Shown here one piece after another: positions 26,452 through 40,400 of a stretch of DNA of 64,000 bases. How positions within the stretch are numbered: the first letter of the stretch is position 1; every line of letters begins with the position of its first letter. This DNA is from Saccostrea echinata. Taxonomy: Eukaryota. A program made the position numbers and the translations under genes. The stretch lies in assembly GCF_033153115.1 (NCBI RefSeq), contig NW_026889759.1:14012001-14076000 (forward strand), given 5' to 3'. A model generated the notes under the pieces. The model searched no databases, was not told the origin of the DNA, and was given only the letters and a program-made list of their open reading frames with translations.

Positions 26452-26517
26452 TAGCCTGATTCCGGCCTACCCATAATGCTACGTGCGTAGCATTATGGGT
26501 AGGCCGGAACCAGGCTA
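26452..26517. mobile_element. 66-bp hairpin MITE with 9-bp TSD
   Basis: tagcctgattccggcctacccataatgctacg-tg-cgtagcattatgggtaggccggaaccaggcta; TSD gacttaaat. Confidence 0.85.
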
Positions 26518-26729
26518 GACTTAAATGAAACATATTTATCTCCATGATCGATACATTTCAAACAATTATTCATGATTTATAATGTGATATACAAATGTAG
26601 CTGCACAATATCATTCAAAGTTTGATAAAACTCGGAGTTACAATGCATGCTGAACAAATATTTTCGATGCAAGTCAAACAGAAAGCTTATCCAACACAAG
26701 AACAATTTTCCAAATCTCATGAAGTTTTA

Positions 26730-29586
26730 TTAACAATCAACCATAACAAGTGCTATTTCCTTGACATCTTGCGGTGACTGCACTTTGTTCCGCGTGTGTT
26801 TTCTGCCTTGAATCAGCAGAAGTTCTATGAGACAGCATGTGACTGAAATCAAAATAAATCCACTATACACTATAAATATTCCGCTTGTACTTTCAAACGT
26901 CAGTTCTGTGGCAGGAGAGGAGATATCACATTTATACTTTGGCCACCACTTGGACCTGTATTTATCCACTATTCCACCTTCAACCATTTTAAGCATGCTG
27001 CAAGGAAAGAAAGGATTTTTATTAACCATTTACTATATAAATGATTCTATTCTTCAAATTTTGATAAAAAATTGTGAAGAAGATTTTTAAAATTTAGAAT
27101 TACATGTGTGTGAATTGTGTAAATTTGTCATTTTTTCTGAAGATTTAGTTTTACTGTCGAGATATTGTGCTGTGTCTATCTTTCTCTAAATCCTCTCCAT
27201 TTGTTTTACTCTCATACTGTGTCAGAGGTCATCAATTACAAACACTGCATGCTTGTATAAGCAATTTGGATTTTTGACAATAAGAGCTAAAAAGTTTAAT
27301 TTAGGATTCTTTAATATGTCCTTCCTGATATACTTTATTTTGACAAATAAAATATACAACATGACTATCTTTTGTCTGGGTACTTACCGACTCATACACT
27401 TGCTGCAAGGGCAGTGCAGGCCTACTGTCTGGAGGTTGAATGTTTTAACCGGGTTGTATCTCTACAGAACTAATTTCAGAGGTACTTACCTCACCAGGGT
27501 AATCTCTTCTACTAAGTGCGTCAGCTACCCAATTGCTTAAGATAGTCATGCTGTATATTTTATTTGTCAAAATAAAGTAAATCAGGAAGGACAAATATCA
27601 AAACCAAAAATATCGAATGGTCCTAGGTTTAGTCTTTTTTGTGGCAAGATTTATTGCAATCAGACTGAAACTTTTTATGGAGTAGTCTTTTGAAAGAATT
27701 TCATAGAAATCTCTATATTTATAGTAACCATGGCAAGATCATTCATCAAAATCAAAAACCGATGCAAAGACTTATGTATCACAGTGTAGTCTACTCGTGT
27801 GCCAAGTTATATTGAAATTAGACCAAAACTGTAAGAGGAGTAGAATTTTGAAGGTATTTCACAGAAATTTCTATTTTTAGTAACCATAACATATTATTCG
27901 AAATCAAAAACCGATACAAAGAATTATTTATTTGAGTTTGAAATTTCCTTGTGACAGTGTGCTAAGTAATATTGAAATCAGACCAAAACTGTAGGAAGAG
28001 TAGCATTTTGAAGGTATTTCACAAAAGTTTCTATTTTTAGTAACCCTGGCAACAACGCTCATCAAAATCAAAATCCGATGCTACAAATTATGTATCTTGG
28101 TGTAATTTTCTTGTGTGCGAATTTATATTGAATACAGACTTAAACAATAGGAGGAGTAGCATTTTGAAAGTACTGTATTTCATAGAAACCTCTACTTTTA
28201 GTAGCCATGGCAACACCGTTTATCAAAATAAAAAAACGATGCACAGAATTATGTTTTTAGTATAGTCTACTTGTATGTCAAGTTATATTGAAATCAGACC
28301 AAAATTGTAGAAAGAGTAGTATTTTGTAAAATTGTTAACAGACAGACGGACGGAGGATAGTCACCTTACTTTCAAGTAAGTTCTTGTGGTCTCTGACCAG
28401 TAGAGCTTAAAATGGAGACTTTGACTAACCAAATGACCTTAAGTCTTGGTCAAGATACATTAACTGTTACTATTAGTAAAACGCATCAAATATGAGCCTT
28501 ACTTAATTATCAAATATAAACCTTCCATGTTTCTCCATTAAAATGTAACGAACAGGAAGAATTTGACGCTACCAATTTTTGTAACCCTGAACTTACTTTT
28601 CCCAAAAATCCTTTGTCTGGGTCATGACACATTTTCTCATCATAACATATTTTTATGCCGAGTCTGAAGACTCATGCTCACTTCTTTAATAAAAGTCATG
28701 AAGAAAGTTAATGTTGCTAACAAACAAGAACAAGATAAACAAATAAACAAAAAAACAAAAAACAAAAAAGCAGTAGACAAACCAAAAACAAAAGAACCCA
28801 AAACAAAACATAAATATGCTCTCCAACCTTCGCTAACTTGACAAAAAAAAGTTTGTGGTATACTGTCAAAAACATACTGATTATTAAAAGCTTCCTTGAA
28901 TTCTGCATCCTTCCTGATAACGAACGATAACTCTGCTTTATGGAATGTCTCTTTGGCCACTTCTAGATGTTTACAATCTAACATGGCTTTATACTTGACT
29001 TCGGACTCGTCTGTTAGATAAGCATATTTTCCTTTGAGTATCATCTTGTACCCCTCTTCTGATTCTGTTATTTTCGGCATATCAGCCATCATATCCCATA
29101 TTTTCTTGTACAGTCCTCCTTCAGCATTCTTAACCATAAAATACAAAGCAATGAATTCAATAACAACAAATGTTACCAACTGCATGTAATGTTATTTATT
29201 GTATGATTGAAAAAATACTACGTTATATTGACCTGCACATGATCTCAAAGGTCAATATAAGGAATTATTTATTCTACATTGGACCAAAAATAGATAGGGA
29301 AATTCCAAATTGATGAAAATAGTTTTGGAAAGTTATTTCACTTGCACCTGACATCCACTCATATGAACATGACATTAAGGCACAAAGATTCTTGGGTGAG
29401 AATCGGGGTGGGGGTGAGGGTTGCAGAAGGCCTGCCTCTCTCTCCACCTTTTGAGAATGTTAAGTTTTAAATTAAATTTTAAGGCTAAAAAATTTCAATG
29501 AAAGCCCCCCTTCCCTCAAAAAGTTTATGGACCTTTACAGCCCACCAAATAAAATTTTGATTTGGGAGAATTCTTTTCCTTTTTTA

Positions 29587-29617
<31 letters not shown>

Positions 29618-31373
29618 GTCAAAGATTTGTTTTCAGGTAAGTTGTCAATTTCTTTTTCCTTTTAATGCCCCCTTTTTCAATATCAATCCTATATATGTGA
29701 TTGGCATTTATTTTTTCTACATTGCACCTAAACTAGAATTAAAAATTCCAATATAATGCACCTGCTTTTTTTAAGCCTGTTTCTCTCATTATGTTCGGCT
29801 AGTACTTCAGTAGATGTGAACAAGTAAGATGGCACGGATTGCTAAATGATGTGTGTCATTTAATAATTGAATCATATAATAAAACAATTATTGCTGTTTT
29901 TCGGTCAATATGATGATTTAGCCACCTTCGAAGTACAATATTCACGTCGCCCTTCGGGCTCGGTGAACATTGTACTCCTCAGGTGTCTAAATCATCGCAT
30001 TTCCCTAAAAAAAATCAGCAATAATTGTATAATATGACATCCCAATGCAACGCCAATGTTCACATTCAGATTAACAGTTAAAGTACATGTACATTTACAT
30101 TTAAAATAATTGTTAAACATTAACATTGAAATAATAAACAAATGACGAAAAGAAAGAATGCAGATACTTACAAAAACCTAGAGAATATCATTATTTCTAA
30201 ATATCGAAAATAAATGAATTGAAAAAAAAAACATAGCTTTGTGTTCATTATGAATTAGGGAAAAAAAATCAGAATATAGTTAGGGCTGGGACCATACAAC
30301 TTTTTCTATATCGATACGTATACGTATATTTGAGCCACGATACGATATGTATCATGATATGTTTAATTGGTTATAAAAAATTTTTTTGTATTGAAATGAA
30401 AAAAAAAATCTTCACAAATAAGAATAATTTATTCAAGTTGTATATCTGTTGTAAAACAAAATTAATTTACACAAGTGGTGTTATTTATTATGTATTTCAT
30501 ATTTATATTTATAGTTAGCATATTTATTCCATATATTAAACCCAAAATGTTAAGTAAACAAAGAAAAACATAAGTAAGATTTTTTTGGCGATATTTCGAT
30601 ATTTCTTCATACGTATCGATATGCGTTTCGTCCTCACACAGAATCGATATTATCGATGTCTCAATATATATTGTCCCAGCCCTAAATAAAGTGGATTTGT
30701 AGTATTGAATTACATGTACTAGTCATAAAGTACCTGAAATAATGCATAAAGATTTGTCCCGTCTTTGACTAACGGCTTGTACACTGTTTGTGATGAGAGT
30801 TGTTCTAAGTTTTTTACTGGTGCCTTGGCCAGGGATACTGTGAGGAAAGCGGCCAGGTTAGCTGTGTATAGAGACATCACTATAATTGTAAATATCCACC
30901 AGATTCCAAGAACAATTCTACCGGAGGCAGACTTTGGCGTGTTTTCTTCACCTGAAGAAAAGACATCCGTTACAAATACACACTATAAGCATTTTTGTGT
31001 AGAAAAAACTGCATGTTACCTGCTCACTGTAAATAACTACCTTGATGAAGAAACGTGGAAAATGCCAACCAGAAGCTTCTCAGAACACTCTCCTTTATCT
31101 CATCGAATGGACTAAGCTTTGCAATGAGAGACAGTACAACCCCAGCTACAAGTACTGCCACTCCAGAAGCAAGCCAAGAATAAGATCCAAGAGGACTAAA
31201 CACTCGGAACATTTTTCCTGCTTCATCATCAACTTTTCTCATTATTATTCCGATTCCCTCCTCCTGGTAAGGATAGAGGAAGTCAACGACGGCTTTTCTT
31301 TCAACTGTTATTGTGATTCCACCCACTGCTATGTCAGCTTCCTGATATAACAATCATGAATATATATATATAC

Positions 31374-31407
<34 letters not shown>

Positions 31408-34400
31408 AGCATATTCAGATAAAATTGCGCAATTCTTATATAATGATGACATGAATCCATGATAACTTACGCCCCTCATGACCATTCCAACCATTCCTGT
31501 AGCATTCTTACCATCTTCTGTTGGGTTACCATAAAGACCATCCACGGAGTCTAGAAACTGGTACCTAACAAGTAAAATAGTCGTTTCTTTAAAAAAAGAC
31601 AAGAATTTCTTTCTTTTTTTTAAATAAACTAAGTCTGGAGAATTTTAGCGAAAATAAAACATTTGATACAAACAGTGGATACCACTTCATACCGAAAATT
31701 GAATTCTTTTGAAAACTCGTCCAGAAGGTCGTAGGTGAACCCATAGAAGTGAAAACTTCCATTGCCTTCCTCTACTCTCATTTGAAATGGTTCACCCTGC
31801 AATAATAATTTGATTAAATTTACTGGTGCATATTGACAACTTTAAATGGACAACCTACAAAACCATCATATCAACAACAAATGCGCATTCTTACCACTAC
31901 AGAGACAACCCTTAGCGTCCGGTTATCAAAGCCTTTAAACACGTTTCTGTACAGACTTTTGTCAGAGACAAGCAAACCGTTGCCTGGAGTATATACACCA
32001 ACTTCTTGCAATGGCGTTCTTGAGTTTCTGACTGTACTGTAGACACGGAGTTCGGAAGTTCCACGAAAGTGGCCATCCTTTGACAATGACGAATTAACAG
32101 AGTCTACCTTTGTTCAAATAGAAAAACTGTTTATTTTTCATTGAACAGCTTCAAAATAATGAGCAATTAATCCGTCAAATTATAATTTAAAATCTCTTAC
32201 TGAATTCAGGTACTGCAACAGGGCGCTGGCCAGTGATGCTGACTCGTTTGAATGGCAGGTTTCTTTGGTCAAATTTAACCCACGATGAAAAATTAATAGA
32301 GCCTCATAAAGTAAGTTATCTATTATCTGCTAAAAAGATATGAAAAAGAAAAATTAATTCCATTACATATTTCGATATGTTCTGTATTATTAGAAAAGAT
32401 AATCTTGTAAAACATGTCGCACATATATGAATCATTCGTTTCTGAAAATTAATAAAACTGAAGAGTATGGTTTCTTTAATAATTATCTTCTAGCACATTA
32501 CCGTTCGATTGTGTTTACGATGAGTGGTCACCACTAGGACATAACCATTATGTACCGGTTTGTACAGAGCACGGTCCCACAGATCATGAAGATCCAGGTT
32601 CAAAACCCAGAAATAGCTGTTATTGAACATCCCCAATGTCATCGCCTGAATACGACGCCAATTGTTATAGAGATACATGGATTATTTAAAAAAAAAAAGA
32701 TTTCTGATCTATGAATACAAGTAGAATTTGAGAATATTAAGACACAGTGACTCATTTCTATAGCATTTAGAGATGCCAATATTTGTAAATCATATTTTTT
32801 TTATGAGATTCATTTCATTGTACAAATAAGCGGTCGATGTGCGATGCATAGAAATCCCTTACATAAGTGGTAGATAAACTTAATGAGAAACCCATCAACT
32901 GAAACGTACATCTGAATTATTAAACTAAGTTCGATTAATCTAATTGTCTGAAACAAATTTACTTTAATTGTCAGAAATAAGTCCGGTGTAGCGACGAGAA
33001 GTGACCCCCGTAAAATATTGACCATGGGGTCAAATTTCTACGTAGAAAAATGATCCTGGGTCAATATTCCACGACAAGTAGGGTCATTTTTCGACCGAAG
33101 AAAACCCTTCCAGGCCGGTAATTCTACGACTCCTCTCACGTTGAAAAATGACCCCCATAGAAATCTGACCCCCCTACTTTTTCACAATATTATATAACAA
33201 AAGTTACAAAACCTGTAAAAAAAAAAACATTTAGAAATGAGATATGATACGCATTAATTTTTCCCCAAGAAAATTTCAGCATACAAGTGGACGGGTGAGA
33301 AAAGAAAAAATATTTTGTTTTCTGGAGGTAAAAAAAATTGAGTCGGGCCATTTTAGCCAGTCCGTCGGGAGAAGGTTAACAAACATTTTTTTTTAAAGAT
33401 GGTCTTGGCTTGTCTCCAAATCATGCACTGCCATTTTAGAATTTCTAACATGTTTTCTACCTCCTTCCTCAGTCCTTTTCATAATTCAAGGAGGAATGCC
33501 ACACCAAAATTTTATTTAATAGATCTTTAAGACATCCCTTTTAAACTATGGTTGCAGCACTGAAAGACTGATATTAGCTCTTAATTATTTAATACGATTT
33601 TTGGGGTATTTTTCTGAGAAAATGAAAAAAAATGTTTCATTTGCAAAGATGCTTATTAAAAAAAATCAAATTTGTTGTAAATCGGAAAACTCTTTCACTC
33701 ATGTACACAACCTTTCTTAGACCCCAATTAGAATAGGCTTCCTTGGATGTAATGTAGGCGATAGCAAAAAAATTAGCACTTAACTCTATTAGCTTCTAAA
33801 GATGCACTATACTTTGAAACTGGATGGGAACTATACATGAAAGAAGAAAAAATACTAGATTAACTACAATAACCAAGTTCCTGAATATCTAACTGATAAA
33901 ATCCCAAATTTGCGTTGTAATTCATCATGTTACATTAAGAGAAATTCATATAACTATAACATACCTAAATGCAGATTGCAAACATGTATTTTCACCCCCC
34001 CCCCCCCTTGTTATTGACGAATTGAACTCATTACCTCTTATTGCAAGAAATTTTTCCTCATTATGTATCTTTAAAAGTCAATTTCTTACAATAAACCTAT
34101 GCCACTCTCTTATTTCAGGTACGGGATTCGACGCTTAAATATATTACATACAAGGCTTCGACACAACTGTGTGTTTAATAGCGATCTTTTTCGATGTAAT
34201 GTAATTTTGAGTCCCCTATGTTCTTGTGGAAGAGTGGAGGATACTCATCATTATTTCTTTTCATGCAAAAAATATACAGAGGCCAGAAAAGAATTTTTTG
34301 ACTCATTTCTGCGAATGGGAAAATTACATACTGTTGATACTCACACTTTACTGTGGGGAGATGAAACATTAAACGATGTTGAAAATGAATACCTATTTTC

Positions 34401-37400
34401 CTTTGTACAAACATTTATTAAAAAGTCAGGTTGTTTTGGTTGATACAATTATTACTTTTTACGAATTCTATACAGCTTGTGTATCATACAAGAAATATAC
34501 TAAATTGAATATTGTTCCACTGATTATTATGCTTTTCTGTATTTATTTATTTTAAGCTGAAACCCATAGATGTAAATATTTTTGGTATAATTTATATGTA
34601 GGGAAAGGGCGTATTATTTTTTTTTTTTAGAACTTTTGCCCAATCCCATTTGTAAAGTTAACAGACAATAAAATACGTTCAATTCAAAGATGTTTTATGT
34701 TTTAAAATTTACTATTAATAAATGCATAATATAAATGTGTAAAGAGAGGTTGGACAGACATTTTAATTTTTTAAATTGAAAATTATTTATGAATATAAAA
34801 CACAAAATTTGTAAATATTTTTGTTCCTATGGATAAAATCTTCATAAAACTAGTCACAACTAGGGAGAGTATGTTAGTCAATCATATTTTAAAAAGAAAT
34901 TGAAATGAAATAGCTAAAAGGGAAAATAATTATTTTAATATAGCTGTATTTGGATCAATCCCGATCAAAATGAAACTGATCCCGATCAAAATTAACACAA
35001 AATAAATAAAATAATAATTATCGTCCTCTTTATGTATTTACCTCTAAGAAATCTATTTGATCGTCAAGTTCAACTACCTTTTAATCCATATTACATCCAA
35101 ACAAACTAGTATTCTTGTGAAAATGTTATCTATTTCCAATTATTACAAAATTCCGATTGGGATCAGTTTAAATTTCGATCGGGATTGGCCAAAATTAAAA
35201 AAAAAATTTCGAAAATTTGGCATTTTCATTTTAATTTCTTTTTAAAATATGATTGTCTAGCATATTTATTGTATTGTATCAGTGACTTTTGAATATATTA
35301 TCCATAGGTTTCGAAAATATTCGCAAATACGGTGTTTTATTTTCATAAATAATTTTTTAGTAAAAAAAATTAAAATGTCCAGCTTGCTTTTGTTTATATA
35401 TTTTATTAGATATTCATTTTCTGTATTTATTAATAGCAAATTTTTAACTCTAAAACATCTTATTTGCAAATAAAATCTTTCTTTTTTTCATTTTCTATGA
35501 AAAATTGGGGAAGAAATCACATAAAATAATTGAGAGCTAATATCGGCATTTTAATGCTGAAACCATAGTTTAAAGGGGAACTTCATGACAGACGTCTTAA
35601 AGATCTATGAAAAAAATGTGGCATTCATTCTTAAATTCTTCCTTCAGACTTAGATTAAATGCTTACTTCAAGTATTTTACAATTTATAAACTTTATCTCT
35701 ATAATGTTATGTTCAGTACATGTAGATTGAGGATGGTTCCTATGCGCGACAGAGGCAACTTCGTTACATTTTTTAAGCCTACAATTTGCTTGACTTTCTT
35801 TTTTTTCTTTTTTGATTGAATCAGAATAGCTCTATTACTTAAGTGAATGATTTTAATTTCCCCAGAAGTTTTCACGGCTAGGACCTGTAATAAGGTGAAC
35901 ATTTACTCAAATTACGTTGATAGCCCAACGGTTAATCATTTAACACTGTCCATTCAAAACCGTTTAGTATTATACATGTAGAAATCTATGGTTAGCAGAG
36001 TAGAACCATGCAACAAGTAAAGATTATACATAGTTTTATTAAGAGTGCGTATTTGAACAAACACCAAACGAACGTTTATATGCAATAAGAAAATATGAAA
36101 TTCCGGGTAATCGGTAGAACAACGAGTGAGTCATGATGCAAGTGCATTTTGGTTAACATTGAAAGCAACGACACGATGTCTGAACAAGATAAAAATTATG
36201 AAAATATAATAAACTGAAAGCTTACAAGGGAAAAGGATAGTGAATGTCAAACCCTTATTACATACTAGATCAAATAAAGGATATTTATAAACCTCCTCTC
36301 TGCATGCGGATAATTTAGGGCATTAGGCGCACATCTATTTTTCATAACGGTACAAAAAATAATATCCAACTTAGAATTCAAGCTGACATATGTTCCTTGC
36401 ATGTTAGTAAGCATATAAATATTGTTTTCCAAGCATGTAAAATTAAATGCACAAACATATAACGCAATGAACAAATTGTGAACAGGGAAGAAGTATATTT
36501 ATCGCCCTTATAATTTTAAATTACATTCATTTTTTTGCAAAAATAAATAAATTTGCCAATGCCAATTTAAAGTAAAAAGATCAAGAATAAACATTTTATA
36601 ATTTCTTTTCTACTAACAGTAAGAATTTTGTCTTTATTCTGGAATAAGTTTTTTTCCATTAATTTTATTGTAAATAACTTAGAAACATCTATGTATTATG
36701 CATATATATTAGTTTTTTCCACAAGACCTAATATTAAATGAGTTAGACGGTCTAAACAAAAATAAAGAGAGAGGGAGATAGTGGGGAGAGAAAGATTGGA
36801 GAGAGTGTTGGGGGTAAGGCGAGGGAGAGTGAAGGTAGAGTGGGGTAAGAGAATAGGGGTACAGAGAGTGGAGATAGAGAGAGTGGGAGACGGGAGAGAA
36901 AGTGTGGAGGAGAGAGAGTTAACGGGAGAGAAAGTGTGGGGGAGGGAGAGTGTGGCGCAGACAGTGGGGGAAGAGTCGGGTGAGAGTGGGGGAGAGAGAG
37001 AGTGGGGATAGAAAGGGGGAGAGAAAGAGAGTAGAGAGAGAAAGTGGGGAGAGAGAGAAGGTAGGTAAAGAGAGAGGGTGGAGAGAGTGGGAGGCGAATG
37101 ATAGAATAAATGAAATATCAGGAAAAATATCATTCAAACAGTTCAAATGTACTGGTATCTTTTTTTAATTATATCCCACGAACCACGGTATTCCATGGAT
37201 GATTTCCCTATAGAGATTGTCCAATATCCGTGAAATAAAATGTGTAAGTCTTTAATAATAGACTAAATATGCTTACACAATATCCTTATTTACATTTTCT
37301 TCTAATAAAAAAGTTAAATGAATGTTAATCATCAAGCATATGATAATTTTTTTTTTCAGTTTTATGAATTCAGTTGAGTAAATGTGGAACTGTCAGTGTG

Positions 37401-40400
37401 GGACTGAGGAACACCTGATCAGGGTTATCCCCCCCCCCCCGATTTTAGTCTCCTTGGGAGTCTTAATCACTGTAAAATATATCATAACTAAATGTTATTA
37501 TTATATACTAATGGGCTGTTTTGCCCAAAGTAATACTCTGAATAAACTATTATATTACTATACTCATCCACGCTATACTCGTGGACAAATGATAATATTC
37601 CAACACGTCAAATTAATCCAAATACATACAATCAAAAATTTTATAATGATTACTAGAACTGAAAGGTCATCAGGTTGTCAGTGTGTTTAAAAATCCATCA
37701 ATATAACAATATACGGTTACATTATTTCCAATGAATCTAATTCTGAAGCAATTTGAAAATGTAAGAACAGTCGGGACTTGAACCCGTTAGGTCTATCTCT
37801 AATTCCAGGGATGTCATTATTGTTTTTTCTGTAAAAAGACTAAAAATGTATTAATTAACGGTTCATTTAGTACAGGTCGTGTTTATTATCATTATTATTT
37901 TTTGCTCCCAATGCTACCCAGAGGAATGCACTTGTAGTACTTTCATATTGCTCATAAAGGAGTTTGGGGGGATGGATGATGTAATCTCAGGTGCATTGAT
38001 ATCAAAATACAAATCATTATATTTATAATCAGGACTACTAGTATTCTATATCTGTGTGAGAAAACATAACAAATGAATGCATTTTTCTATGAAATGGTTA
38101 AAAAAAAAAATATTTTTTTCATCCTCATGTTTCTTGGGAACTGGACATAACAATTTTCCATGTAATAATGTATTTCACAGAAAATGGCTCCATCAGCCAC
38201 GTTCCCTAAATCACTTGATTTAGTGTTTGGGCGGTGTGATACGAGGTTTACGATTTTTAAATTATCAATTAGCTGCAAATCCGTCATCATCAGGAGACTA
38301 TTTGCACGTCTGATGTATAGACAATTTAATTAAAGAGGATTTGCCAGTGTTTTATTAATTTCCGCTTTATTTTCCGAAGTTTTGTTACAAAAACAAGGTG
38401 GAACTCTTTTTTAGTATCATTTCACTATCAGAGCTGTGTCTCTTTTTTTAATTATCAAGGGCATTTTGTATATTTTGATAAATTTAATTTTCACAATAAC
38501 CTCTCTATGTGAGATTCAATTTAATGATGTTTGTCTAAATTATGACATGTTTCGCCCTTAATGAATCCTTTGAAAACTGAAGAATTTTTTACTGGATCGT
38601 GTTGGCAGATTTAATGTAGGTTTTAAAGCCAAGGATTCCATTTATGTCGAATCTGTTTGTACCGTGGTATCCAGGAAATGCATAATTTGCCTAGAATTTC
38701 GTCATGTGAATTTCAGTAATGGGTCATGAGCATTGCAGTTGGCTATAGCAAAAAGAGCATGGATCTCATTTTTATTTCCATGAAAAATCATCAAGGGCAT
38801 TTTGTATATTTTGATAAATTTAATTTTCACAATAACCTCTCTATGTGAGATTCAATTTAATGTTGTTTGTCTAAATTATGACATGTTTCGCCCTTAATGA
38901 ATCCTTTGAAAACTGAAGAATTTTTTACTGGATCGTGTTGGCAGATTTAATGTAGGTTTTAAAGCCAAGGATTCCATTTATGTCGAATCTGTTTGTACCG
39001 TGGTATCCAGGAAATGCATAATTTGCCTAGAATTTCGTCATGTGAATTTCAGTAATGGGTCATGAGCATTGCAGTTGGCTATAGCAAAAAGAGCATGGAT
39101 CTCATTTTTATTTCCATGAAAAATCATAAAGCCTTCGTCAGTAATAGCGACCGTAAAGGTTATTTTTGTTTTTCCTGAAAATTTGTCTAAAATACGCGAA
39201 CTGTAAGATCACTTATTTTCGTGGTCAACATTTCGTGGTTTGTGGAAAAAATACTGCTCCAAAGGGATTCATTTTCGTGGTTGGTAAACTCACATGATAC
39301 TGTACTCAAAGTAGAGTTTAAAATTTCCCTATATGATCAATAAAGTCCTGCTCTAGCACCAGAACCCATGACTCAGAGGGCATGAATTTTTCAATTTCCA
39401 CCATTTTCAAGATGGCTGCTGCTAAAACAAAATGGCGACATTTCTATACTGCTTGGACTCATGTACGATCAATTTACTGTAATATTTATAATATTTTGGC
39501 CGTTTTTGATATATTTTGGTTATAACCAAGCTTTTTTACAAGATATTTTGAACATCATATTTCAAAATAAAAGCCTAATGACGTTTTATAATTTAACGCA
39601 ATTTAATTCTGCAATATTTCGTTTGTAAATTGTATATCAATCAAGAGTAATTTGCGTGCACTACGATGGCTGGAAGAATTTCCAAAACGACACTTTAAAA
39701 CCTTAAAGGATGACATGAATACAAAGATATCCCTAGACAGCAATAACAGGGAGAAGGCAATGGGAAGGCATGGTGCATCTGCATTATGCATCTGAAGACG
39801 TGAATGCATAAGGCGTACTTCTTGCTGAATTTCGTGAAATAAATGCACTTGTTATCGTAGGCTTCATATTCCCACATATGAATATCTATTAATAAAGAAA
39901 ATGGGAGTCGCCAGAAGGATTTATATTTTTAAAAAAAACTAGACCGATCTAGCCATGATTATTAAAAATAAAAAAGACCTCAGTTATGTAATAGTTAAAC
40001 AAGAGCAGACATAAACTCATCTACTACTTGGCAAATTGAAAATAAGACTAGCAAACACGGAAAGAAAGGCCATAAGCGCATTGAGTAGAACCATAGAAGA
40101 ATTCTAAATCCAACTAAAGAATCAAATCAAAGTCTAGATACCACAGAAGATATCGATAAATGAATGGGATACAGACAAAGACAATTCAAAAACAAAACTG
40201 TAGAGATCCTAGCAAAAAGGATGTCAAATAAAATGAAGAATTGGTGTCACTTAAAAATGGCAGGAAGCTATGGAAAAAGGATGCAACAAGAAGTCTGTGA
40301 ACCAATGCTCACTAGTTATACTCCCGTTTTGATATGAATATAATAAAGTTATGCTCTTATGTAAATATATACAAGTTCAGTTAAAGAAATATTGTACTTC

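Noticed and set aside
15097-31350. Plus-strand ORFs antisense to iGluR exons (15097, 20230, 26827, 30765, 31042, 31833)
   Set aside because: Shadow ORFs of coding exons with no independent signal
36696-37168. Ser/Pro/Leu-rich and Glu/Arg/Gly-rich ORFs
   Set aside because: Translations of a low-complexity GA tract
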